Notes under the pieces: model-generated | Database searches by the model: none | What the model saw: the letters and a program-made list of their open reading frames with translations, nothing else | Told to the model about the DNA's origin: nothing | Program-made: the position numbers and the translations under genes | Shown here: one piece after another, positions 1 through 9,519 of the stretch | Layout: each line of letters begins with the position of its first letter | How positions within the stretch are numbered: position 1 is the stretch's first letter | Source of the DNA: Chiloscyllium plagiosum | Lineage: Eukaryota | Assembly (NCBI RefSeq): GCF_004010195.1 | Contig: NC_057752.1 | Coordinates: 15,734,380-15,766,039 of the forward strand | Direction: 5' to 3' | DNA: 31,660 nucleotides

Positions 1-216
1 GGAGAAAGTGAGGACTGCAGATGCTGGAGATCAAAGCTGAAAAATATGTTGCTGGAAAAGTGCAGAAGGTCAGGCAGCATCCAAGGTGCAGGAGAATCGA
101 CGTTTTGGGCATAAGCCCTTCTTCCTGAAGAAGGACTTATGCCTGAAACGTCGATTCTCCTGCTCTTTGGATGCTGCCTGACTTGCTGTGCTTTTCCACC
201 ACACATTTTTCAGCTC
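1..216. mobile_element. Fold-back (inverted-repeat) Penelope-like short element, family A
   Basis: Left arm ~35-124 is the reverse complement of right arm 125-216 (GCTGGAAAAG..GGCAGCATCC / GGATGCTGCC..CTTTTCC). Same family recurs at 3270, 17063, 19820, 24756, 26095 and 29699. Hammerhead-like CTGAAGA (125-131) and GAAACGTC (145-152). Confidence 0.75.
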
Positions 217-317
217 ATTTGTTACATTATGCCAACAAGAAAATGACCAATAAAGTTTAATTGATTTTAGCCAGCCAGTCTTCTATCTATGCCAATACAT
301 TATCCCATGAAAGACAC

Positions 318-445
318 TCATGGGATGTGAACCAGCATGTAACAGTCATTCTTGAGAAAGTGGTGGCCAGCTGTTTTCTTAAACAGCTGCACTCCAATTG
401 GTGTAGGTAGACCAACTAGGAAGGGAATTCCAGGATTTTGATCCA
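318..445 (-). mobile_element. Degenerate CR1/L2-type LINE or SINE 3' tail
   Basis: Reverse complement resembles the tail seen on + at 21545-21675 (..GCAGCTGTTTAAGAA..CCACCACTTTCTCAAG..). Confidence 0.45.
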
Positions 446-484
446 TGTGCATGAATAACATTAAGCTTTGGTCTGCTGGCCAAC

Positions 485-1985
485 ATTTCAAAATTTGCAG
501 ATGATACAAAACTTAGAAGTATTAGGAAATGTGAAGAGGACAGTGTGGAACATCAGAACAACGTAGACAAGTTGGTGGAGTGGTCAAACAGGTGACAGAT
601 TAAGCATAGAAACGTGAAGTAATTAATTTTGGTTGAAAAAACAGGGTTAGACAATATAAAATAAAGGATATCGTTGTAAAGGAATCACCATACCACCCCA
701 GGTGCAGCATACACAATAATGCCCATCGGATGGCATGGTAATTCAGTGGTTAGTACTGCTGTCTCACAGTACCAGAGACCTGGGTTTGATTCCAGCCTCA
801 GGTGACTGCCTGTTTGGAGTTGGCACATTCTCCCTGTGTCTGTGTGGGTTTCCTGCAGGTGCTCCGGTTTCCTCCCACAATCAGGTGATGTGCAGGTTAG
901 GGTGAATTGGCCATGCTAAATTACCCATAGTGTTCAGGGATGTGTAGGGTAGGTGCATTACTCAGGGGTAAATGTAGGGGAATGGATCTGGATGGGTTAC
1001 TCTTCAGAGGGTCGGTGTGGACTTATTGGGCCAAAGGGCCTGTTTCTACACTGTAGGGAATTCTATGAACTGAGAGGGTACTAAGTTTGGAGGAATTGAG
1101 AGACTTTGGAGTGAATGTCCAAAGAATCCTCAAGGGAGAATGAAATGTTAATAATGTGGTTAAAAGTTACATTGAATAATTACCTTTCTCAGCTGAGGTT
1201 TGGAATATAAAAAAGCAAAGAGGCTTCACAGATGTTATTTAGACCACAACTTGAATATTATATGCAGTTCTGGCCATCTCATAAAGTAAAGGATATCATT
1301 ACTCCAAATAGGCCACAGAAAAGACTTGGAAGGATGTTACCAGGACCAGTACAATGCAACAATGAGGAAACTTCGAAAGGCAGGGGTGTTCACCTTGGAA
1401 GAGAAGGGAAATTTAATAAAGAGATTCAAGGTTGTGGGGAGCCTGGACAGAGGGCATTTACATCAGTTTGGCCTGTGTTTAAAGTGATTGATGGAAAGAG
1501 TTGAGGGAAGACAGGGTTGGATTCATCTCTGGGCTCCACACTGACGGAGGGATGTGAAAGCATTAGAGAAAGTACAGAAAAATATTCATTTCTCAGAGAG
1601 AAGACTGAGAGGAGATTTGACAGGAGTTTTCAAAATAAGGAGGGGTCTGGGTAGAGTAGTCAAAGAGAAACTGTTCTCACTGGTGAAAGGATCTGGAACG
1701 AAAACATAAAGAGATTGAAATTAGTAAAAGAAACAAAAGTATTACAATAAAAAGTGTTTTTCTTTCAGGCATGGAATGGTACGGGTGTGGAATGTGCTCT
1801 GTGAGACAGTGTAGGGGGCAGTTTCAATTTACAGCTTCATAAAACCATTAGACAGTTATTGGAAGAGGAGGAAGGTGCAGGGTCGCAGTGGTGAGGAGAT
1901 TCTGGGGGAGTGACTCTAAAGGAAAGGCTCATTTTGAGAAGCCAGTGTGAATATGATGGACCGAATGGCCTCCTTTCATGCCGCG
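485..1985 (+). mobile_element. Decayed CR1/HER1 LINE ORF2 3' fragments, interrupted by an HE1 SINE
   Basis: AAATTTGCAGATGATACAAAA = KFADDTK (RT motif) near 491; RPQLEYYMQFWP near 1240; CR1 3' tail GGACCGAATGGCCTCCT near 1960; many stops and frameshifts. Confidence 0.8.
728..1068 (+). mobile_element. HE1-type V-SINE (tRNA-derived head, V domain, LINE-like tail)
   Basis: tRNA-like head (CAGTGGTTAG..GGTTTGATTCC), V-domain GTGGGTTTCCTGCAGGTGCTCCGGTTTCCTCCCACA, tail GGGCCTGTTTCTACACTGTAGGGAATTCTATGA. Confidence 0.85.
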
Positions 1986-2259
1986 ATAATTATGTTATAT
2001 TTCAATTTCTATTATTCTAATCTGGTTTGAGAAGTTTCACCCCTGTGCCCTCGCAATTTCTGCTCTTTAAGGCGCCTTGTTCCGATGTCCTCACGGAAAT
2101 ATTGCTCCTCAGTTAGCGGATTTCAGTAACATCTCAGTAAAGCTAAAGATGGGATTTCAAGTATTTACGATAATTTGCAAATTCTAATAAAATATTTACT
2201 TATTCACCAAAAGATATTCTAAAAGCTGTGTAATGGGGGGGAAAAGGGTGCCACTGCTA

Positions 2260-2341
2260 GACGAGGTGGCCGAGTGGTTAAGGCGATGGACTGCTAATCC
2301 ATTGTGCTCTGCACGCGTGGGTTCGAATCCCATCCTCGTCG
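2260..2341 (+). tRNA. tRNA-Ser-GCT: tRNA-Ser (anticodon GCT), 82 nt
   Basis: GACGAGG/CCTCGTC acceptor stem, discriminator G, A box TGGCCGAGTGG, anticodon arm ATGGA-CTGCTAA-TCCAT, long variable arm GTGC-TCT-GCAC, B box GGTTCGAATCC; matches the vertebrate tRNA-Ser(GCT) sequence as I recall it. Confidence 0.98.
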
Positions 2342-2347
2342 TATACA

Positions 2348-2351
2348 TTTT
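2348..2351 (+). terminator. Pol III T4 terminator of the tRNA gene
   Basis: TTTT starting 7 nt after the tRNA 3' end. Confidence 0.7.
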
Positions 2352-2689
2352 AAAGCAGACCTTTGCAGAAGGACCCTCAGAGCTGTTAACCGTTCCTTGT
2401 GGCGAGCTGATTATTAGATTGAATTCAATATTCAGCGCAACCGCTTGCTGCCCTAACCTTCTTGATCTTGCGATGATGTCTGATATTTCAGCTCCACATT
2501 TGTTTTGTATTTGTTAATAGCTCAGCAGCGGTACATTTAATGGGACATAAAATATACATTGTTGAATAAAACTTCACTGAAAATTTTAATGTTTCAAATC
2601 GAGATGTTATGTAGTCTTCCACAAAAGCTGTTACTTTGCAAAAAGAGAAAAGGCTCTCTGTCTGAAGCTGGCGACTGACTGACACTTAG

Positions 2690-2880
2690 GGAAATTGGTG
2701 CAACTCTGATGGACAAAGTTAAAAAACACACACCAGGTTTATTTGGAAATACAATCTTCCGGAGCGCTGCTTCTTCATCAGGTAGCTCGCTTCTTCCAAA
2801 TAAACCTGTTGGCCTATAATCTGGTGTTGTCTGATTTTTAAATTTGTCTACCCCAGTCCAACACTGGCACCTCCTCATTC
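2690..2880. mobile_element. Fold-back Penelope-like short element, family B (degenerate)
   Basis: ACAAAGTTAAAAAACACACACCAGG..TTTATTTGGAA arm inverted against TTCCAAATAAACCTGTTGG..CTGGTGTTGTCTGATTTTTAA..CCCCAGTCCAACACTGGC. Confidence 0.7.
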
Positions 2881-3149
2881 ATAACTCTGAAGGCTGATCT
2901 CCCAATATCCAACTCGTGACAAGGTACAAGAATCTGGAGAAAGAAAAGTCTAGTGAAGAGGAGCAGACGACCAATACCTTCTGGATCTGCCGAGATCGCG
3001 GGGTGCAGACTCTGGTTCAAACCGCAGCTAAACTCTCTCACTGGAATTGCTCTTTGGCTTCTCCCGTCTCCGTCATCAATCAGGTTTCAATCTAATATTC
3101 AGCCACAGCCCGTTATTACGGAGGCAACAGGTTCTGTAGCGTTTACTGC

Positions 3150-3790
3150 AAGGGTAATTGAATAAAAAGAGTAGGGAAGTGTTCTCACATCCGTAAAGGG
3201 CTTTAGCGAGGCTGCATCTTGAGCTCTGTGTATGGAGCTGGTCGCCTTTCTCAAGGAAAAAATCAACTAGGCAAAAGTGAGGACTGTAGATGCTGGAAAC
3301 CAGAGTTTAGATTAGAGTGGTGCTGGAAAAGCACAGCAGGTCAGGCAGCATCCGGGGAGCAGGAAAATCGACGTTTCCGCCTCCATTCCTGATGAAGGGC
3401 TTTTGCCCGAAATGCCGATTTTCCTGCTCCTCGAATGCTGCCTGACCTGCTGTGCTTTTCCAGCACCACTCTGATGTAAACCCTTTCTCAAGGAAAAGTA
3501 CAATTACATTGGAGTAGGTCAGTGTAGGTTGATTCGGCTGATTACTGGGATAACAGCTGTATTCGCAGGAAAGGATTAACAGGTTGGCCTTGCAGCCACT
3601 GACATGGGGTAAGAACGAGAAGAGCTGACAAATTTACTTACTGAAACCTGTCAGTTTTTAAGGAGGGTTTCAAAGGGTGGATGCTGAAAGTGTTCTCATC
3701 CCTTATTGGAGACGAGAACTAGGGGTGCACATCCAAAATGAGGGGATCCTATTTAAAACAGGGGTGAGGATGGATTCTATTCCCTCAGAC
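3150..3790 (+). mobile_element. Decayed CR1 LINE fragment hosting a family A insertion
   Basis: Degenerate CR1 ORF2 C-terminal and 3' sequence on both sides of the 3270-3480 insertion. Confidence 0.6.
3270..3480. mobile_element. Fold-back family A element with target-site duplication
   Basis: Inverted arms; CCTTTCTCAAGGAAAA duplicated at 3245-3260 and 3482-3497; CTGATGA-A-GGGC-TTTT-GCCC-GAAA at 3389-3412. Confidence 0.8.
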
Positions 3791-4413
3791 CATAAGATTT
3801 TGGAGCAGAATTAGGCTCAGCCAATTGAGTGTGCTCGGCTATTCTCAATCACATTCTCCTGCCTTCTGCCTGTAACCCTTGAATTAGGAGAAAATAACTG
3901 CAAGTTCACGGGAAGCAGAGGTGGGGACTGGGTGGAATAATGGAAATGTCCCTGGGCTCGTAATCCAGAGACGAAAATAATGAATGGGGCGTCTTTGTGG
4001 CCTTGCGTCTTTGCCAAGCTGCCTTAGTTCAAGTCTCACCTGCTACAGATAGATAGAGCTGACAAACTGACAGAGGGACTACTCTGTAAACATCAGCTCC
4101 AAGGGTAGAGATTGTATCTCTGGCAGGCAGCAGCTCAGTCAACGCTCTGTTGCTTTCCTGTGTATGGGGTGGGGTTTTGAGGGGTGCGGGGTGAGACGGG
4201 GTAGGGAGAGGTGTCGATGGTGAGGTTCTCAGTCCGACAGGACACAATATCATCCAGTTGTTTTAATTAAAATAGAACGACGCAAATAAAGATCTTATTA
4301 AAATCTTTAATCCAAAATATACACAAGTGAAAAGCGGAACGTACGTAATAACGAGAAATATTAAAGAAAATTTAAACTAATCAAAACTCCCATCTTAAAA
4401 TAGTAGATAGGAT

Positions 4414-4419
4414 TTTATT
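4414..4419 (-). promoter_or_regulatory. Candidate polyadenylation signal (AATAAA) of the hes7-like gene
   Basis: TTTATT on +, about 85 nt past the stop codon; alternative ATTAAA signals at 4306-4311 and 4262-4267 in the AT-rich 3' region. Confidence 0.5.
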
Positions 4420-4503
4420 TGGATAAAGCGCAGGATTTAGTGATTTACAAACGTAAGAGAAATGCAATAATGTCAAAAGCAGAAAGGTCCTTCTCTCACC
4501 GAC

Positions 4504-5051
4504 CTACGGCCACGGTCTCCAGACACTGTGTGAAACAGTCCCTCTCGATGAGTCCTGGTGACCAGGGACTGGTTTTGGCGAAACAATAACTTTCTGGGGG
4601 CACTCTAGAAAAGGTGTTGAGCCGGAGTCATAAAGTTCATGATGTTTCGCTGTGAAGTCGCTGGGGTTTGGCATCTGATGCGAGACTGCGGACCGAGCGG
4701 CGAGGAAATGCGAAACATTGCTTGCGGGAGAGTTGCTAGCGACTGCGGGGACAACAGCCATTGGCCTCACGGCGTTGGAGGCGGCGGGACCGACATCCCA
4801 AGCCCCGGAATCTCGCTGTCCTGGTCGGAGAGGATCCAAAGTGGGGCCGGAGGGGCTCGGGCACTCCGGCATTCGGCGGTTACTGTTCTTCTCGGAAGCT
4901 CGCTCCAGGAAGACCGCTAGACCCTCCATCAGACCGCTCCGGGACTGCGAGTTGAACCTGGCGCAGCTTCGAACGAAGCTATTCACCTGCAGGAGGCACT
5001 CCTTAAAGCCAGCCTCGTAGTTCTGCCGTGTGATTTCTGCTCCCTGATGTT
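4504..5051 (-). CDS. hes7: hes7-like exon 4 (Orange domain, Pro/Ser-rich region, WRPWP-stop)
   Basis: Acceptor ..TGTTTAAACAG at 5053-5052; YEAGFKECLLQVNSFVRSCARFNSQSRSGLMEGLAVFL is Orange-like; TAG at 4506-4504. Confidence 0.92.
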
Positions 5052-6286
5052 CTGTTTAAACACAAGGTCGGTCAGTGATATGCGTTTGGGGACATCCGAA
5101 AATTGCCCCTGAGGACTATACTGAACGCACGATCCTGTACATTTTGGAACTGTACGTTAATATATTTACATTAATGGACGCCCCTTATTAATAGTGTTCC
5201 ACTTAAACCAATCTATAACCGATTACTTCGAAATTCCAAATAGGATCTCAGCAAAGAATCAATTCCGAGCTCCGGGTACAAATCCCGATCCGGGGCCCCT
5301 CTGGGAGGTGGGTTATGATTTTGCATGTCCCAGCTTTATTTTTGAACACAAGGTAGCGAACTAAAGGCAGGAGGAATCATTGATTACCAATACAACAAGT
5401 ATCAATGCCCAATCTATGCACACTAAAGGTATCGATTTTACCGAACGCAAACTGGATGTTTAAAGCCAACTCCGCAGATGGGATGGTGAGCAAAGACGCG
5501 CATGGAAACTGGAATCACTAGCCACAGCAGCAAGATCAAGGCAGATACCCACCCGGTCCATTCGCAAGCGCCGCGTTTTTCAGATATTGAACCGTCATTT
5601 CTAAGATTTCAGCCTTCTCCATTTTACCGTTTCGGAAACTCTAAACAGAAAGAGACAGAAACGGGGTTGGGGAAAGAGAAACGAAACCTGGGTAAAAGTG
5701 GAAGGACATGCGAGAGATATCAAGGTATCTTTTTGTTCGGAGCGCCACACACACTTCATACTAATCCCGGGAAATTTCACACTTAAGCCGCGGAAAGGTT
5801 CCTTCAACTGTGTCACTTCGCGACAAAAAGGTGCCCTCACCTCGTTCTGGGAATGCGTCAATAAGAAAGATTTCAGTTGGTCCAAACTGCGGTTCATTCG
5901 ATCGCGTCTCCGTTTTTCCACTAAAGGTTTAAGTAACTGTTGATATAGAATGGAAAGGGTTTTTTATATTGATGTGACCACACTTTGCATCCAGTTTGCC
6001 CGGTCCAGCTCGGAGCTGGGGGCTGTTGCTGCATCCGGGGGTTGGGGGCCTAAACTGCTCAAATCTGGGAGGAAACGTCCTGACTCCCTCCCAATTGTTT
6101 TCTTGCAATAATTTAAATAACACTTCAGTACCAACGAATAACTGTATCCTGGTTAATGCAGCTTTTAATACATATGAAAACAAAACAAAACGGGCTAATG
6201 TGGAGCACATTTCGTTTAGTCCATTGTCAAATCACTTTTACCTTTTTAACCTCCCTGACATCAGACGATTCTGCTGCCATCTTCAT
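4504..6286 (-). CDS. hes7: hes7/her7-like bHLH-Orange transcriptional repressor; join of 6286-6242, 5936-5841, 5640-5553, 5051-4504; 777 nt, 258 aa
   Basis: All three introns are GT..AG with consistent phases (0,0,1). Spliced ORF: MKMAAESSDVREVKK|LLKPLVEKRRRDRMNRSLDQLKSFLLTHSQNE|SFRNGKMEKAEILEMTVQYLKNAALANGP(E)|HQGAEITRQNYEAGFKECLLQVNSFVRS...SVWRPWP*. Basic-region proline, Orange domain and WRPW mark the Hes family; LKPLVEKRRRDR plus terminal WRPWP point to the Hes7 clade. Confidence 0.88.
5553..5640 (-). CDS. hes7: hes7-like exon 3 (loop and helix 2), 88 nt
   Basis: Polypyrimidine acceptor TTCTGTCTCTTTCTGTTTAG; KMEKAEILEMTVQYLK; donor G|GTGGGT. Confidence 0.92.
5841..5936 (-). CDS. hes7: hes7-like exon 2 (basic region and helix 1), 96 nt
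   Basis: Acceptor ..TATATCAACAG; LLKPLVEKRRRDRMNRSLDQLK; donor GAG|GTGAGG. Confidence 0.93.
6242..6286 (-). CDS. hes7: hes7-like exon 1 coding part, 45 nt
   Basis: ATG at 6286 (second in-frame ATG at 6280), about 65 nt downstream of the TATA box; donor AAG|GTAAAA; phase 0 joins exon 2. Confidence 0.8.
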
Positions 6287-6347
6287 CGAAGAGCTTGTCC
6301 TGGTGTCTTCGCCGGGGTTAAACATAAGGAAAACCTTAAAGGCTGCC

Positions 6348-6385
6348 TTTATTTATAGGGGAGGTACCGAGACACGTGAGATTGG
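6348..6385 (-). promoter_or_regulatory. Core promoter of the hes7-like gene: TATA box, CACGTG E-box, CCAAT box
   Basis: TATAAATAAA 6357-6348; CACGTG 6373-6378; CCAAT 6385-6381 (ATTGG on +). Confidence 0.75.
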
Positions 6386-6827
6386 GGGACGGGTCATTTG
6401 ATGTTCGCCCCCACCCCCCTCATCCTCCCCACTTGTTCCTATCTGCATGCATTTGTTTCCGGGGACTCCCGCAGAGCTGTGAAGGAAAAGCATCTAACAT
6501 TGAAATGCAAACTGCAGCGTCACTAAATCCTTTGCTACTTTCCAATCGAAATACAGTATTTGAAAAAGGGATTGTAGATTGCAGACCGCATTATACCGCA
6601 ATTATTAAACATCAATCATGTTTAACGAAAAATGTTTAATCTATTTAGAGTTTACAAGACTAAGATTTTAATTAATTGAATCCTTTAAACTTTTAAAAAA
6701 TTTATAAAACAAACAATTCCTCGGTTGGATTAAGAAAATACGGCCTCACAGCACTTAGAATTGTTCAGGGATGTACACAAATGATTGGATTAATATAACA
6801 ACGATGAAAGGTTTGGAATCCAGCCTT

Positions 6828-6976
6828 AATTCCCAGTACACTTTACCGAGCCAGGTGTCAGGGTGGGAAACACTGTAATTTGCATACTCGGCTCTGCACC
6901 ACACTTTCTCAGCTTCACTTCAATGGTGTGTGGGAGCTGTCGGGTGATCAAAGAGTTAAAGTTGAAAGCGAGTTTC
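6828..6976. promoter_or_regulatory. Candidate proximal enhancer (T-box + RBPJ + TCF/LEF motifs)
   Basis: AGGTGTCA 6853-6860, GTGGGAA 6863-6869, GATCAAAG 6946-6953, TTCCCAG near 6830; non-repetitive; motif evidence only. Confidence 0.5.
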
Positions 6977-7187
6977 GCACACGCTCTGTTTGTCATCTAT
7001 CTATCTACCTATAGAATCTGATGATTGGGATAAAGTGGCTGGCTATCATGTTGAGCAGGATAAAGTGCGATGTGACTTGTTTACAGATTTAAAGAGGAAA
7101 GTTTGATTGCGTTAATTTAGTGATGCAGTTGTACAGTGCTCAGGCAGGCTATTGGGTGTGAAATCTGCATTAGCCATTCTGAATCCT

Positions 7188-7388
7188 GATGTAAAGGCGC
7201 CGGTGTTGGACTGGGGTATACAAAGTTAAAAATCACACAACACCCAGTCCAACAGATTTATTTGGAAGCACTAGTTTTCGGAGCGCTGCTCCTTATGAAG
7301 TGCTCCACGTGATGGAGGAGCAGCGCTCCAAAAGCTAGTGCTTCCAAATAAACCTGTTGGACTATAAGGTGGTGTTATGTGAGTTTTA
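7188..7388. mobile_element. Fold-back family B element with 12-bp TSD
   Basis: Inverted arms (TTAAAAATCACACAACACC..GGAAGCACTAG / CTAGTGCTTCC..GGTGTTATGTGAGTTTTAA); ATTCTGAATCCT at 7176-7187 and 7389-7400. Confidence 0.82.
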
Positions 7389-7699
7389 ATTCTGAATCCT
7401 CTACGACTGATCGGCACTGAATAAATATTAAGCCGCTGGAACTAGCCTCAGGGGATGCAGGTGATAGGTTCTTGGTTCTTGGTCACAGAATCTTAGAGTG
7501 TTTGCGAAGCTGAAAGTCACACGGAGGTGACAACTTGTGCCGACCACACGCTCGTTTGATGCGACCGCCGTCTCTGGAATCAGAACAAAAGGCCGAGTCT
7601 TTATGTCCCGTGTCTCCTCTTCATTTGGTACTTTCAATTCTCTGTCCAGATATTATCATCCCAAAGATTATGCCGCACAGTCAGACCTACAGTCCAAAC

Positions 7700-8900
7700 A
7701 TCCTTCACAGTCAAACGTACAGTTACAGTCCCGATATCCTACACTGTCAGAGATACAATGCAGATACACTGCACAGAGTTACAGTATGCATTTCCTGCAC
7801 ATAGTTACTGTACACATTTCCTGCACAGAGTTACAGTACAGATATTCTGCACAGAGTTACTGTAACAGATATTCTGCACAGAGTTACTGTTTATATTTCC
7901 TGCATAGAGTTACAATACAGATATCCTGCACAGTTATAATACAGATAGTCTGCACAGAGTTACAGCACAAATATCCTGCACAGAGTTACAGTACAGATTT
8001 CCTGCAGAGTTAGTGTACAGATTTCCTACAGAGTTACTGTACAGACTTTCTGCACAGTTGCTGTAACAGATGTCCTGCACAGAGTTACTGGATGGATAGC
8101 CTGCACAGAGTTACTGTACAGCTTTCCTGCAGAGTTACAATACACTTTTCCTGCAGAGTTACTGTACAGATTTCCTGCAGAGTTACAGTACAGCTTTCCT
8201 GCACAGAGTTATGGTACAGATTTCCTGCAGAGTTATGGTACAGACTTTCTGCACAGAGTTACAGTACAGATTTCCTGCACAGAGTTACAGTACAGATTTC
8301 CTGCAGAGTTACTGTACAGATTTCATGCAGAGTTACAGTACAAATTTCCTGCAGTTACAGTACAGCTTTCCTGCAAAGTTACAGTACAAATTTCCTGCAG
8401 AGTTACAGTACAGCTTTCCTGCAGAGTTACAGTACAAATTTCCTGCAGAGTTACAGTACAAATTTCCTGCAAAGTTACAGTACACATTTCCTGCAGAGTT
8501 ACAGTACAGCTTTCCTGCAGAGTTACAGTACAAATTTCCTGCAGAGTTACTGTGCAGACTTTCTGCACAGTTGCTGTAACAGATGTCCTGCACAGAGTTA
8601 CTGGATGGATATCCTGCACAGAGTTACTGTACAGATTTCCTGCAGAGTTACAGTACATATTTCCTGTACAGAGTTACAGTACAGATAGCCTGCACAGAGT
8701 TACAGTGCAAATTTCCTGCACATATTTACTGTACAGATGTCCTGCACAGAGTTACTGGATGGATATCCTGCACAGAGTTACTGTACAGATTTCCTGCATA
8801 GAGTTACAGTGCAAATTCCTGCACAACCTGTGTTACAGTACAGATATCTTGCACAGCCAGAACTGCAGTGAGATACCCTGCACAACTAGACTTACGATGC
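7700..8900. repeat. Tandem minisatellite, 22-24 bp unit CCTGCA(CA)GAGTTACAGTACAGATTT
   Basis: About 50 head-to-tail units, homogeneous at 8100-8560 and increasingly degenerate toward both ends. Confidence 0.95.
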
Positions 8901-9346
8901 AGGTTCCTGACCAATCAGAATGACTATGCAGTTATCTTGCACAGCCAGACCACTGTAAGGTAATTCACACAACCAGGTTGATTGTGTAAGTATTCTATAC
9001 AGCCTGACTGTTGACTCTCTACTATGCTGAACTGGAGGTCATTTGGGAAAAGGGGAAATTTGATTCGGTTGGGCTGATCCCTGAGCAGAGTGTAAAACTC
9101 ATTTGGAAGAATGCTCCAATGTTGGAACTCTGAAGCAAGCACCAAAATGTTACTTGTCTGGTGGTGAGAAACGCCCTTCCCATTCAATCCTTCCTATATA
9201 ACCACTTCCTACAGTGATTGAAGTCACCTTAAAGATCCCATCAACTTGACCTTTCCACCATCTGAGTTATTATAATCCTCAGGTTAAACTCAACACCAGT
9301 CGTTCTCTCTCCCTAATGGGAGAGCAGTCCTTAGAGATGAATCTGG

Positions 9347-9505
9347 TTATTGGATGAAAGTAAATCTACAATTCCTCACCACATGACATATATCACTTGG
9401 ATATGAAAATGTAAATACAAATCGGCTATCTCTGCTCTAAAAGCAGTTGTACTGGATTCAAAACATTGAGCATTTTCGAGCATTTTTTGAGCATTCTCTA
9501 TTTTA
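9347..9505 (+). repeat. ~160-bp direct repeat, copy 1
   Basis: TTATTGGATGAAAGTAAATCTACAATTCCTCACCACATGACATATATCACTTGGATATG...TTGAGCATTCTCTATTTTA; second copy at 10435-10603. Confidence 0.92.
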
Positions 9506-9519
9506 ATTTGGGACCAATG

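Noticed and set aside
728..800. Additional tRNA genes at SINE heads (also ~23930-23987, ~29295-29350, ~15637-15700)
   Set aside because: tRNA-derived SINE heads without a complete cloverleaf, continuing into V or Deu domains.
2233..2517. 94-aa ORF
   Set aside because: Translates through the tRNA gene; spurious.
4504..4986. 160-aa ORF as a stand-alone gene with a GTG start; also ORF 5601-5921
   Set aside because: These are parts of exon 4 and of exon 2 plus intron read-through of the spliced gene.
4639..5020. Plus-strand ORFs of 93, 100 and 64 aa
   Set aside because: Antisense shadows of GC-rich hes7 exon 4.
6863..6912. Paired Su(H)/RBPJ site (SPS)
   Set aside because: GTGGGAA and TTCTCAG are ~36 nt apart and the second is non-consensus; SPS needs ~15-17 nt spacing.
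7700..8900. CRISPR-like array, or Cys-rich repetitive ORFs (7537-8923)
   Set aside because: Units are head-to-tail with no unique spacers, there are no cas genes, and the context is vertebrate; the ORFs are by-products of the repeat in several frames.
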